64,000 nucleotides of DNA from the human T2T-CHM13v2.0 reference genome, Homo sapiens, in assembly GCF_009914755.1 (NCBI RefSeq), contig NC_060935.1; one strand, given 5' to 3'. The notes beneath the pieces were generated by a model. The model was given only the letters and a program-made list of their open reading frames with translations, was not told the DNA's origin and made no database searches. This document shows positions 12,791 through 28,889 of this stretch, one piece after another. The position numbers and the translations under genes are program-made. Each line of letters begins with the position of its first letter. Position 1 is the stretch's first letter.

Positions 12791-14637
12791 TTCTATTTTT
12801 AACCTCTGCTGGGAAAACATGAAAAGATGTGGTCTTGGGGAAAGGCGATGTTGCAGTTAAGATAAAGAGTAGTCGAAAAGAGACTATAAGAAATTTGAGA
12901 ACTGCCATTGCAGCATCCTGTGGCAATAACCTATGATATAAAACACTGACTTATAAGTGGGAGAAAACAGCTAAAGCTACTTCTCAGATGTGAAGTCTTA
13001 AAACAGATCCCCAGTTGCAATTCCACAGTATATCACAATTGCATTTTCCCCCTTCAGACATTTTACCAATAGCTTCTACTGCTATGCTTCCTGGTAGACC
13101 TTTATCAATGAGGAAGTAACCTTTTATCCAGCTACAGAATGAGACAGGAGGGCAGCAATCAATGAAACTTACAGGTTTTGTAAATGACACAGCCATTTTC
13201 ACAGTTTCTAAAGTCCTGAACTTGACTCAATTATTTGTAGAGTAACGACAAATGTGAAAATACTACACCATTCATATAATAATGGCAATGAAATTTCCTG
13301 ATACAGATAAAAGATAACTTTTTGTTAGATCTAATTATGTTTACATGAATTAAAAGCTATGATATTGAATATGTACTCATACTTGTCATGACTAACAATT
13401 CAAGCCTTGACTCAAAGTACAACTTGGTGTGTGGAAAAGACCATAGGGACTACTTACCATGTCATTACATGTGCTATATAGAAGTTTGTTACAGGACCTT
13501 AATTTTTATTGGTCTGCTGAAACAGGAATTTGTTTTTATATCCAAATTTGAGATATATAATTTTCTATCATTTAATGTGAAAATGATATATCCCACATAC
13601 TATATCCTATAAGTATACATTCATTTTATCTTAGAGCCAAATAATCACCTTTTAGAATAAAATCAAATTTGTATTTTAGTTTAAATGCATTTTGTCAATT
13701 TTACTACCACGTTTTGACAAAAATTTCCAAAAGCAATCTGTTCTCTGAGAAGCACAGACTCATAGACCTGAATTAAATAAAGTTTGGGAACTTTTGGACT
13801 CTTATGTTTTTCAATATACACAAAAGGAGAAAGATGAGAAATCAGCATTTTGGTAGATACAAATGACAATGTAAGGCACCATTTTAAAGCATTCTTAATG
13901 AACATCTTCTAGTATACAGAGACTACAGACAGGTGCTCCAATGTATACGAAATATGTGAAATTTTATCTGATAATTATTTTTAAATAATACTTAATGCTT
14001 TAGAGGATACATAAGCAAAATCAAACAGTTGTCATGATGGCAAGATGTAACCATGAAAAGTTCCCTGAATATTGGAGAGAAGTGTCCACAAAATGAAGAA
14101 AGTTTTTAAGACATGTAATAATAAAAAAGGTTTTATTGCAGCCAGAGTCATATTGCAAGCAAGAAATTCAATGTAGAAAAAAATTTAAAAACCACAAATA
14201 GTAAAGCTTAAACATAGGAAAGCTTGAGTCTGATGATATTACGGAGCAACAAAAATGATGCTAGCAGTAACACACATCATTATTTCTCACCGCATGAGGA
14301 AGTAATACCCCTATATGTGAAGACTCTGGTGGTTGGGCTTTTGGTCTCTTACAAATAAAACACTTTCCTAATTTCTACAACCACCTGTTACTTTGAAAAT
14401 CAAGTATAAAATATTCAGCTCAGTTTTCGATCCTTTTTTTTTTTTGGTCCCATTTATTTTTTGTTGCCTCATCACACTTGTGCTCAATCTAGTTACTCTG
14501 AGCTTAATGATAAACAAGAGGAGCCTACATTTGTCCCACTCTTCCTTTGTGCCTAGCTAAGATCTTAAGGGAGGTCCCATATATTCATTGTAGCAACCTT
14601 AAGAATACCGTGCTATTGTTGTACATAGTTTATACAT

Positions 14638-15041
14638 TGCTGTGTTCTGAAGTTTGTGTCAGCTCCAAAATTTATATGTGGAAAATTAATTACCAAAGTG
14701 ATGGTATTAGAAGATGAGGCCTTTGGGAGGTGATTAGATCATTAGGGCCTCACCCTCATGAATGGCATTAATATCTTATAACAGAGGCTTCACGAAGTGT
14801 TCGCTCCTTTTGCCTTCTGTTCCTTCAGCCATGTGAGAACATAGCATTCTGTCCCTCTGGAGGACACAGTGTTCCCGGTGCCATGTTGGAAGCAGAGACT
14901 GGACTTTTACCAGACACCAAATCTGCCAGAATCTTGATCTTGAACATAACAGCCACAAGAACTGTGAGAATTAAATTTCCATGATTTATAATTACCCACT
15001 CTAATGCATTTTGTTATAGCAGCAGAGGCTACAGAGATGCA
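14638..15041 (+). mobile_element. Solo MaLR LTR (MSTD/MSTC-like)
   Basis: 'ggcctttgggaggtgattagatc...ccatgttggaagcagagact...ttgttatagcagca'. Confidence 0.8.
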
Positions 15042-17109
15042 TGGAGTCTTAGGTTCAAAACTATGAAGTAACTAGTCCAAGGTTATACAAGTAATGACTG
15101 TAGAATGTAGATTTGAACAGGTTTGTCTTACATCTACTTTAAATCATTATGCAATATCGCCTACTAGAATTAATGATTTGTTATATAAGGTATAAGGGAT
15201 AAAATTATATAGATTTGATATGCAAACCCTGATTTGTTAAGGATTGATGGAAAAGGAAGAGAAAATAGAATCTAACACAACACATATGTTTATTTTATAT
15301 ACTTATGCTTGTTGTTTATGCATACTTTTATACTTTTATACATAAAATACTCTCCCAGGAAATACTTATAAGCAAAATGCCAAAATTTAGCCCTAATGAA
15401 ATGAAAACAGCCAAGAAATGCATGCTCTAATTTTTTTGAAATTCTACTTCAAGGAAAATACAAACAAGTTATTTAGAGACCAATTACTCAGCACTTTGTT
15501 AATTAGATGTATTGAACAAAGTGTGTTTCTGTTTGTTTTGAAAATTGATATTTGAACAGTGTTACAGCAGCAGTCAAATATTCATCTTGAGTTAGAACTT
15601 TCACCCCCTCACTTCTCCCACCCTAGGTGCTGTGGCCTAATTTCAGTATCTTGTATAATAAAGAAACCAAGACCAATTTGTATTTTGAGAAAACGTGAGT
15701 GGCTTCAGTCTTGACAGTTCGTATTTTTACAATTATGCAGATACAAATTTTATAATAAGAGAACTTTATATAAATGAGTTAGTTGGTTTCCAAAATATTC
15801 AAGAGAGCTGTCTCATATTTTCTAATTTCAATGTGAAGAAAAGAGAAAATGCTTGATGATCTGATAATACTACTGTTTGTATACTTTCCCTCATCCCGTG
15901 TCTTTCCCATCTCTATCCTTTACTTTGTAAACATGTTTTCTTCTTTGATTAAGAAATTGGCAATAGGTAGGCAAATCATGTGGTGAGAATACAAATCATG
16001 ATTGTATACAATGCCAGTAGGCTTTATAATAGCTAGTATATACTTAAAGACAGATGAAACATGAAAACACTTTGTAAGCAGAGTTAGACAAATAAAATAT
16101 TTATGAAAGGGAAAAGAATAGAAAGAACACTAGAAGGACATGAAACTGACTCCCCCCCTGAATCTTTAGCATAATAATAGATTTATGCTAAATTTTGTTT
16201 GTGTCTTTGTTTTGGTGACTTTTTAAATTAGAAATTCTTTAACATCTAAAGCTTTTCTTCCTGAGGTTAACCATATTTGTTAATTCTGGTAAAAATGAAA
16301 TTAAAAAGAGACAATACTTGTTTTTCATGTTATTGCGTTTATCTTCAACTCAACTTCATGATGTAAAGAACCTCTACTTTAGATGATAAAATATAAATAT
16401 ATGATTAAGTATATGTTAAATATAAACATATGCTTATATACTCATATAAATAAATATGTCAAATATTTTCTCAAGGTGATACATCTAGAAAATGTTGAAG
16501 CCAGAATTCCACTTAGGTCCTGTTGATATCGATGCTGGTTCTTTTTTACCTTAGACATCACAGAAGTCTTAAAGTATTTGAATATTGCACGATGCATTTT
16601 TATAAGCATTGAGAAGCAGTTAAACTACTAGAAATTGGATTACTCAGAGAGTATCAGCTGAGTTTTTATTTGGTAAGATAGTAAAAAGAAAGACCTGCTT
16701 CTTATTACTTCTCACAAAGAAACAACAGCACAGAATAAAAACTAAATAATCAAACAATACAAAAGTTAATATTATTAATAATTATTAGCACTAAATTATT
16801 TCCTGCTAATCATAGATAAAGTAGGTATTCAGGACTCAGAGTAAACAGATTGACTTCATAGTTATCTTGGATTCAATAAGACAAAACAAAATATGATAGC
16901 CATTGTATTATGGAAAATTATTTTTCAATTGAAAAGATACTTTTGTTTTTTTTTAAAAAAAACACTGGATAACTTAGTACTTTATCTTTAATGCATATTG
17001 TTTGTGTGTACTTAGAAATTTGTGGAGAAACACATGTTCCAGTAAATTGACGTGGGCTTTCACTTGCAGAGAAAAAATTGGTTTGATGGGAGATACTGTG
17101 AAATCAAAT

Positions 17110-17330
17110 TCGTAACAGTGTGTACATTGACAAGAACACCGGTTTGAGCTTTAAGTTAAATGAAATTCAAATCCCAGTTCTACCACTTGTTGGTTCTTAT
17201 TTTTTATTTTTATTTTTGCTGTAAGCAGATAGCTTGGCTTTTTCAGCCTCACTTTGTATTATCCACAAAACAGAGGTAATGGTATCTACAAAATACTATT
17301 GAGAAATGAATTATAACACAATAAACATTC
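17110..17330. mobile_element. MIR SINE
   Basis: 'ttcaaatcccagttctaccactt' core. Confidence 0.6.
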
Positions 17331-17388
17331 AATATAAAGTACTAAAGTTCTTGAATATAGCCAAGGTAGGATGTTTAAAGAATGTATG

Positions 17389-18832
17389 TATATTAGTCTA
17401 TTTTCATGCTGCTATAAAGAACTACCTGATATTGGGTCATTTATAAAGAAAAGAGGTTTAATTGACTCATACTTCCACATGGCTGAGGAAACCCCACCAA
17501 ACTTACAATCATGGTGGAAGGCAAAGAGGAAACATGCACCCTCTTACATAATGGCAGTAGAGAGAGAGAGAAAAAAAAAAAACTGCCAAACACTTTCAAA
17601 GCATCAGATATCATAAGAACTCACTCACTATCATGAGAACGTCATAGGGAAACAGACCTCTTGATTCAATCACCTCCCACATGGTCCCTCCTTCCACATG
17701 TAGGGATTACAACTTAAGATGGGATTTCAGTGGGGACACAAAGCCAAACCATATAATTCTGCCCCTGGGTCCTCCAAAATCTCATGTCATTTTTACATTT
17801 CAAAATCAATCATGCCTTCCTAACCATCCCCAAAGTCTTAACTCGTTCCATTATTAATTCAAAAGTCCAAGTCCAGAATCTCATCTGAGACAAGGCAAGT
17901 CCCTTCTGCCTATGAGCCTGTAAAATCAAAGACAAGTTAGTTACTTCCAACATACAATGGGGATACAGGTATTGGTTAAATGTTCTCATTCAAAATGGGA
18001 AAAATTGTCCAAAACAAATGGCCGCAGGCCTCATGCAAGTCCAAAACCCAGCAGGGCACTTATTAAATCTTAAAGCTCCAAAATAATATGTTTTGGCTCC
18101 ATGTCTCAAATCTGGGGCACACTGATGCAGGGGATGGGCTCCCAAGGCCCACTCTGCAGGGTACAGCTCCCGTGATTGCTTTCACGGGCTGGCATTGAAT
18201 GCCCATGGCTTTTTCAGACCCTTGGTGCAAGCCAGAATGGTGGATCTACCATTCTGGGACCTGGAGGATGATGGCCCTCTTCCCACAGCTCTACTAGGCA
18301 GTTCCCCATTGGTGATTCTGTGTGGGGGCTCCAACCCCACATTTCCCCTCTGAATTGCCCTAGTAGAGGTTTTCCATGAAAGCTCTGCCCCTGAAGCAGA
18401 GCTGTGTCTGTACATCCAGGCATTTCCGTACATCCTCTGAATTCTAGGTGGAGGTCTCTAAACCCCACTCTCAGTACCAATTTTCTGTATGAGACCATTT
18501 TCACAAGCCATAAAGAAGTACCTAAGACTTGGTCATTTATAAAAAAGAGGTTTAATTGACTCACAGTTCTGCATGGCTGGGGAGGCCTCAAGAAATGTAC
18601 AATTACGGCAGAAGGTGAATGACAAGCAAGCATCTTCTTACATGGTGACAGGAGACAGAGAGATAGCAAGGGAGAAACTGCCAAACACTTTTAAAGCATC
18701 AGATATCGTGAGAACACACACCCTATCATGAGAACAACATAGGAGAAACCATCCTCATGACCCAATCACCTACCACCAGGTTTCTCTCTCAACATGTGAA
18801 AGTTACAATTTGAGATGAGCTAAACCATATCA
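17389..18832 (-). mobile_element. MSTA/THE1D-type MaLR provirus with internal deletion: LTR 17389-17756, internal 17757-18485, LTR 18486-18832
   Basis: Two direct LTRs; TSD GTATG at 17384-17388 and 18833-18837; internal region only ~730 bp and homologous to both ends of the THE1 internal region at 8.6-10.2 kb. Confidence 0.92.
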
Positions 18833-19859
18833 GTATGTTTCTTATATTTAAGTGAGATTTTCCTAGACAACAAGTCAAAATACATTTCTTGGGTACTGAG
18901 CAAATTTCTCAGTCAATAATTTGAGGAATTTGGAAAAACGTTCAAGGATTATTATTGTTTAGAGTACAGATAATGCAGGTAATTTCAAAGTCAAGTTTTT
19001 TATGCTTGTTTTTTCATGACAAGTACAATTCCAGTGCTGTTCTAATGAAAAAGAACTATCAAAAAAAATTATGCATTGGCATAGCCTAGCCAAGAATTAC
19101 ACCTGTCTTTTGTGAGTTTTCTGTCATCCAGTGCTTGTGGATTTAGCTGTCTTGAAACGTGGCATGAGTGTTAGTGTTGCATATTCAACCCTGCTTAAGT
19201 GTCTTGTTTGCAAATAAACATGCTACTATTTTAACTACTCACTCCAGCTGTTCTCATATGGTTTGGGTGGCTGTGCATAAATAGACAGGTTGTAGATATT
19301 GGGGTCAGGGGGAGAGGTTCCCTCTTCTTGATGTAGCATGAACAGGGGAATAATTGATGAAGCACTTACTCTTCACTGCCAAATTGTAAGCAGCATCTGA
19401 GTATGTTTTGTCAAAGCTCCCAGGGAAGGCAAACTGTTACTGATTCCCCTCATGCTGTCCCTTTAGCCCTTATCTGAAATTTCTAGCCTAGTAGTGTGTA
19501 AGTATGCCTGGCTGCCAGTGAGTGACATGATACAAACACGAGAAAGAGCCAAGGAATATCTCCTACTCAAGCAGAACAATAAGACAATTGGCTGGAAAAT
19601 CTGAATTTTTTGTAAGGTGCTAGGAGAGTTGCAGACACATTGTGTAGCACAAAGGACAAAGATCAGGTCTATAATCATGTTTCCTAAGACATCAGTGCAG
19701 GGACTTAGGAGCTCTCATATTTAATCTACAGAAGTCATTATTAAACTGACAGGGTAAATTTGAAAACTGCATGAATATTTGGAATCAGTATAAAAATAAA
19801 GAGAAATTAGACCTTGTTTTGTATGGCTCTGGAATATAGGTAAATCCAGGATCACTTGT

Positions 19860-19990
19860 TGAGGGGAAGGGCCATTTCAGTTTGAATCAAAAGAGAGCAT
19901 TCTAATATTTACAATTATTTTTAATTAAATTGTGTGACTACGAGAAAAAGAAAATTCCCCATCACTGGGGGTATTTGAGGAAAGGCAGCA
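19860..19990 (+). mobile_element. L3/CR1 3' fragment
   Basis: 'ttccccatcactgggggtatttgaggaaaggc' resembles the CR1 terminal motif. Confidence 0.5.
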
Positions 19991-20696
19991 ACAAAGATGA
20001 TGTAGAAACTATTCAATCTTAAATATGTATTTTGCAATAATGAGGGTCATTATTTAGCCAACTAATGGTGAGATGAGGACAATGCACCTAGGCTACCTAA
20101 TTCCATTTGCCTTACAATATTCCCTCAGGGTTCAGGATCATTTCACTCAGCACGTTATTATTTAGTCCATCCATAGTTTCAGTTTGATGAGATGTTGAAG
20201 AGGCTCTGTATTTGCCTTGAGATAGAAAGAGGATTTTGGGTTTAGGCAAAATCTGTCCTGAGGTTGGTGAGAAACTTTCACTACTCACATGAGACACAAA
20301 GCTGTGGTGTTTGGTTTTGTGAGAATACTTTTTTAGTCGTGATTTTTATTCAATAGTTAATTATATGGTCAATCTTGGAAATGTTGATGCCATATTAATA
20401 TAAAGCAGTCTATACGTTTGTTCCCTGCTTCTAATCAGCAAAGACATCTTGATTTCATTGTAAAAATAATTCTGAATTCATCTGAGTCATTCCCCTCATC
20501 TAAATTTCTATTACCATCCTCATAATTTAGATTCTCATTACTTAGGCTCTGCAATTTCATAATAGAGTTCTGACTGTACTCCCAGGCTCCCATCATACCT
20601 ACTTTGTTAGACTTTTCACTCTCCAGCCTTAAGGAGCTATCTAAATTCAAATATGGTCCTTTGCAAAATGCTTTAATGGCTCCATATTTGCCATAA

Positions 20697-22080
20697 AACT
20701 GATTCTCAAACTTTTCTAGCTGAGAAATAATTTATTTTTCACAAAGTCATATGTGAGGCACCAATATAACCAAATAATTACATATTTCTATGTAATTAAA
20801 AGTGCATCTATCATACAGTTTTAACATTTGCTTATTGTAAAGCCAATTATTAATTTATTTTAAAATCATTTTGATTTTAATAATGTTTTTAAACTAGATT
20901 TTCTAGGTAACAGTTGCATTTTTTAATCAATGTCTTTCTCATTTGGAGATATATATATATATACACCATTAAGAAAATATTACAGCCAACCATTGTATGT
21001 CACATTCTTGTTGTAAAATAGAATATTGAAATGTATTCTCATCATAAATTACTATAAATTATAACACTATGTACTTTCTAAACTTTCAGTGTTTAGTTCA
21101 CATAGAAGTTTAAAAATTGAAATAAAATGTCATTTTGCTTTCAAATTTGAGGTATTAATACAAATTGCCCACTTACTTGAATTAGTAAATTTTACATTTA
21201 GGAGTTGGTGAATAGATTCTCAGCAAGTTTAGTTTATTTTTCAGATTGTATCTTTACAAGTATATCATATAATATTTCCGTACGTTCAAGTATATCCATT
21301 AAAAAATCTCAGATACTGTATTGCGTATCTTTAAATTAATTCATAAAAAATTATAAAAGTTCAGTTTGGTTAGTCAGCCCAAACTTTGTATGAAGTTTCT
21401 CATTGAATTCTGAATTCTTCAACAAAGTGTTAGCTTTGCAAGACTGAATCATCTAATCAAGTTTACTTATCTCTTGAAAAATAGCGAAGGATGCAAGTTG
21501 GTATAATCATGTTGTACCAGATAAGTATTTCAATAATGGATTTTCTTTGTCATGAAAAAATAGTGATTTGTTGTCTCATTAAAAAGGTGTGTAGCAGCAC
21601 CTTCCCTCAGGACACCCAATGAGCTTCAGCAGAAAAAAAACAAATTCTGCAAAGCACTTCTTGTTTTATTAAAAATAAATTCGGAATGTCAGCAATTTCA
21701 AAACTTAATGTATTCACATTTATATGCCATTATTTAACATGTAATTTGTTAATGCTGGCATCAACTAAATTACCACTGCTTATCTAAATAATAGCCATTC
21801 CTATCTGAATGTATTTCAACAGATTTCATATGAGCTGGTGTTTCTCTAATTTTGTGCCATTGTTTTTATTCCATCAGTACAATTATTCTATGTTTTTTCA
21901 CTATTTAGTTGATGGTGTACTAAAATTTATCTAAATACACAAAATATTGTATTATATTGTATAAGTTTTATACTTTATAAAAATATTCTTAAAATACCCA
22001 AACTCTCAAGCAGATAAATTGAAAATATTTTGCACAAACTAAATCCTCCAAACTATTTCATCAAATAAATGCACAAATAA
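20697..22080 (-). mobile_element. Decayed hAT-Charlie/Buster transposase, C-terminal half plus putative terminus
   Basis: Minus-strand translation of 21630-21565 gives AEAHWVS*GKVLLHTFLMRQQI (cf. TEVRWLSRGKVL), followed by *LYQLASFAIFQEISKLD*MIQ (cf. WLxxLAYLxDIFxxLNxLNLSLQ); TIR-like 'ctgattctcaaactttt' near 20699. Confidence 0.75.
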
Positions 22081-22129
22081 ACACATTTAGTTGTCTTTGA
22101 AAAGTAACATATCAAATGGCTACATACAT

Positions 22130-22333
22130 CTCTATATCCTCTGTCCTGACTCATTATTTTTCATAAAGTCTGTAAGTATATTGCATATTTATTTGTCTAC
22201 TTACATGTTATCTACCACCTATTCTGGAGTATAAGACTGTATGTACCTAATTGTCTGCTATCTACTCTGAATCTTGAAAAGTGCTGTTCTCAGAGTAGGA
22301 GCTCAGTAAGTATATTTTTAAAGAATTAATGAT
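22130..22333 (+). mobile_element. L2 3' end
   Basis: 'cagagtaggagctcagtaagtatattt...gaattaatga'. Confidence 0.6.
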
Positions 22334-23062
22334 GTACATTCCTTATTTCTTCTTTGATATTTTTGAAAAAATTAATTATGTACATCTCTGATTTCTTCTT
22401 TGAACTAAATTATACCAATTGGATTTTAATAGTGACGTTCTTACTTATAACACATATAACATTATCAGCACTATGGAATCTAATTAATATTTCTTCCTGA
22501 AGATGTATGTCTCTTTATTACATATGTGCATTTACATTATCAGATTAAATTTTCTTTGCATAATTATTCTGGTAATACAGAATAATTAAATTTAGGTTGA
22601 AAGCAACAAGAATTATTTAAGGCTCATCATGTTTTTATTCAGTATAATGTAATTTAACAAAGACCATATAATATTTTTGCAAAAATTATCATAAAAATTT
22701 ATCTAGTAGACAGGAAATATATAGGCAATATATATTGAAATAATAAACCTAAATAAAATATATTTTTAATTTTTTTCATATATTTTTGGTGATGTTTTCT
22801 GACTGTAGTTACTAGCAGGATAAAACAATAAAAATTAACATCCTGTGTTAACTTCTTCCAATAAAAGCAGATGCTTTAGTTATGCATGCTGAATCAGGGG
22901 TATAGTGCAAACTCCAAGAATATCCCTCCATGGCAGTGAGATATAACTCTTATTTGGTGGGGAAAATTTAACAAGACACTTAAAATGCTATAGGAAAAAT
23001 ATTCTCTCCAATAAAGTATTTTCAGAGTTTCAAATGATCTATCCCTCACTGGTTGCATGTAG

Positions 23063-23083
23063 ACACACACACACAACACACAC

Positions 23084-23118
<35 letters not shown>
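23063..23118. repeat. Interrupted (CA)n microsatellite
   Basis: Directly visible. Confidence 0.95.
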
Positions 23119-23120
<2 letters not shown>

Positions 23121-23149
23121 GTTAATAGTTCAGCAAGGAAGGCAAACTA

Positions 23150-24080
23150 GCTGCAGGTAAGATGACACTGAAGTAATGAAAGTTTCCCACGTAGTATAAT
23201 AAAGAAAGTAGATTACATTAAATCTCCTTTAAAAACAGACATTATCTAGGAAAATAATCTAAAGGAAAAAAAAGTAAAAGGAATAGAATTTACATGCAGG
23301 AGACAGGTGAGAAATGGTAAGACAAAATATTAACTTCTTTAAGTGTAAAATTCAGAGACACAAAAAAATTTCAACAAGAGAATTTACTGTTAAATATAAT
23401 TCACTACGACAAGATCTCAAAGATATAACGATAAAACAACAGAGATAAAAATGGAGATTGCAGAACTAAGAAAACAAACTGATAACCAAAATAAATCCAT
23501 CAGATAAGTAATATATAAAGTAAAATTAAAATAATGAGATAACTTAAAATTGAAAAATGAAGTTCCTCCTATAAATAGATTTGTATTTTATTAAATAAAA
23601 CAATTCACTTGAAGTAATGATAAGGAGAAAGATGCAAATGCCAAAAATGTTCCAACAGAAACATTAGTAACAAACATTAATATTTAAAATATTTTTAAAG
23701 ATATTATAATTTTAAAAATAGTTTTTGAGAGAAAAAAAGAATCTTCAGATTTAAAGGGCCAAACATATTTTAGAGAAAAAAAATCCATAATGAAAAAATT
23801 AAGCTATAGCTTTATTACATTATTGAAGGTCCAACATAAAATAAAAACATATGTTCAGAACCAAAGCAATGCAGTTAAGTCACCTCTAATGAGTGAAACA
23901 ACATGGCTAGCCTTTCACTTCCAACGTAGCAACATGCAGTGTCTACATATAGTGGAAATGTATACAGCATATTGAGTGGGACAAAAAGAGCATCCTGATA
24001 CTATCATACCAAGGCTATTTGTTATTTATATATAAACACAATAGATGAGCATTTGTAAATTTGAAAACAAAATCCAGGAT
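23150..24080 (+). mobile_element. Ancient L1M ORF1 remnant
   Basis: A-rich; 'aaaatatttttaaagatattataa...tcttcagatttaaagggcc' resembles L1 ORF1. Confidence 0.5.
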
Positions 24081-24661
24081 TGAGTTGGCAACAAAATTCG
24101 GCTAATAGATAATGAGATGGCCACAATCAATGGCCTAACAACACCCAATGACAGAAGCCAGATGATTTATATCTATATGTGAGAGAAAGTGTGGCCCCCA
24201 AACTTTTTTACCTACTATAGTTGTTCGAGGATAAGGAACATGATAACTCAAGAACTGCAACACCAATAAGCCCTTCTTATAGGTACTGAGGCTGGTAGAC
24301 ATTAGTTAAGTTTAAAGAACACAGCAATACATTAATATTCAGAACTTGGTTTAGATAAATTTGTAAAGAATGGTGTTAGCATTTAATTCATTTATATAGG
24401 AAACTACAAAAAATTACCTTTGGTAAACTATGTTTATAAAGGACAATATGAATGGTCTAAACTTCAACAGTCTGAAACATTAGACGAATTAAATTTTAGT
24501 CTTGGAGAAAGACAAAAAGGTGAAAATCCTTAAAACAGAGTTAAAACATTATAATATTAAATCCCACCATTAATTGTGATTTTTAAAATGTTTTCAAAAT
24601 TTTAAATTATACAATGGTCATCTTGAAATAAAATATTCTATTGGAAATAGGCAACTATATA

Positions 24662-24973
24662 CACTAGTTTTGTCTAGTACAGTACTACATGTGGCTATTG
24701 AGCAGTTGAACTTTGGCTGGTCTGAGATGAGATGTCTTAAAGTGTAAAATAAACACTAGATTTCAAAGAGTTACATAAAAACAAGAATGAAAAACATTTT
24801 ATTAGATACTTTTATGTTAATTAAGTATGAAATTATAGTATTTTTGATATATTGGATTAAGTATAATATATATTAAAACTAACTTCTCCTGTTAGTCTTT
24901 ATGCTGCTGAAATGCGGTTATAAGAGATTCATATTTATATGTTCTTCACATTATATTTCTGTTGGACAGCACT
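24662..24973 (-). mobile_element. MER33 (hAT-Charlie MITE)
   Basis: 'ctacatgtggctattgagcagttgaa...cattatatttctgttggacagcact'. Confidence 0.85.
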
Positions 24974-24989
24974 AGACTGGGCAGCACTA

Positions 24990-27462
<2,473 letters not shown>

Positions 27463-27515
27463 GATTTAATATGTGGCAGTGTTGTGCCTTTTCAAGATTT
27501 TTCAGGGAGATTTTT

Positions 27516-27521
27516 TATATA

Positions 27522-27567
<46 letters not shown>
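27516..27567. repeat. (TA)n microsatellite
   Basis: Directly visible. Confidence 0.95.
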
Positions 27568-27570
<3 letters not shown>

Positions 27571-28049
27571 TCTGAATGAACTCAAGAAATAAATCCAAAT
27601 GATCCAATATAAAGATAACAAAAATAATAAGAAGATACTAAGATACAATGTTTTCTCATTTGATATTTAACTGTCCCAACTTCATATTATTGTAATGTCA
27701 TATTATGCCAACATTTTGTTGATTGAATATCACTTCCACAGGAATCTACTGGTGAGAAACAAAATGAACAACACTTTAAATATGTGGCTTTTGTTATTTA
27801 ACTTTTAAAATGTTATTTTCTAACTTCAGAACTGTTATTAATATGCTGTTTTGTTTTATATATTTTATATCAAGGATCATGTTTCCCATTATTATTATCT
27901 GCTATTATTTCTGAGAAGTTGCTATATTGAAGTCTTATTACCATTTACAGTTATCAATTGCAGCTTTGTTCTTCCAGACAAATTCTTAAACAAACAAAAA
28001 AGAATTCTATTTTTATATCACCTATTTCTTCTTTAGTACCCCATGGTTG

Positions 28050-28800
28050 AAGCACTGTGAATTCCCTTTACTTTCTTTACTGTAATAAAGCAAATTGCTT
28101 TAAGGTCACTTCCCAAACTAAATAGCCTCACTTTCTTTGACGTTTATTAAGGTTTCATCTCGTTATTTTATCTTTTTGTTTTCTACATTTTGTGTCATCC
28201 TCCTTCTTCCTCTGAGAATCCATGTTTGGGTATGCTATCTTCTTGGTACAAGTCCCGTAGTTTCATTCATCTCCTCTAAGATTATGACCTCTAATTCTGT
28301 ATCCCTGACCTAAACTCTTACTGATCTCCAAATCTATGTTCATTCCTGATTCAAGGCCCTCTCTGTTTAAACGCATGTCAGCTCCAATTCGCTGTGCACA
28401 GAGATGAAGACAACTTGCTTTTGTAAGCCCATGATACTTTTCCTTTTCTATTTTTATTAATAGCATTGCCATTCTGTACTTATGCAGACATTGAACTTGA
28501 TAGATTTTACCCTTTCATCCCTCTTACCCACTCTGAAACCAAATCATTTTATAGTATACATTACCATTCAACTTTATAAGCTCCTGTTTAATTTGATTTT
28601 TGCCACCATCTTTGCTTCTCCTTATCTGGACAGTTGACATGATAAAAATAATCATTCAGTCTCCTGGCTCTTTTTCTCTTTTTCTCCTGGCTCTTTTCTC
28701 CGACTATTGGCCACTACCTCCAATAGTATATGATACAGGGTTTACTGAATGTACTGACTCTGAAATTTGTCTTAATCTTTGTAGTACCTTCCCTTCCACC
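28050..28800. mobile_element. L2 fragments
   Basis: Pyrimidine-rich decayed L2 ORF2/3' motifs. Confidence 0.5.
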
Positions 28801-28889
28801 CATTAGTAACAGTTTTCATACATTTATTTACATGAATATTGTTCGAATTCCTGCTAAATATAAATATGAATTGTGTCAACATATGGTTT

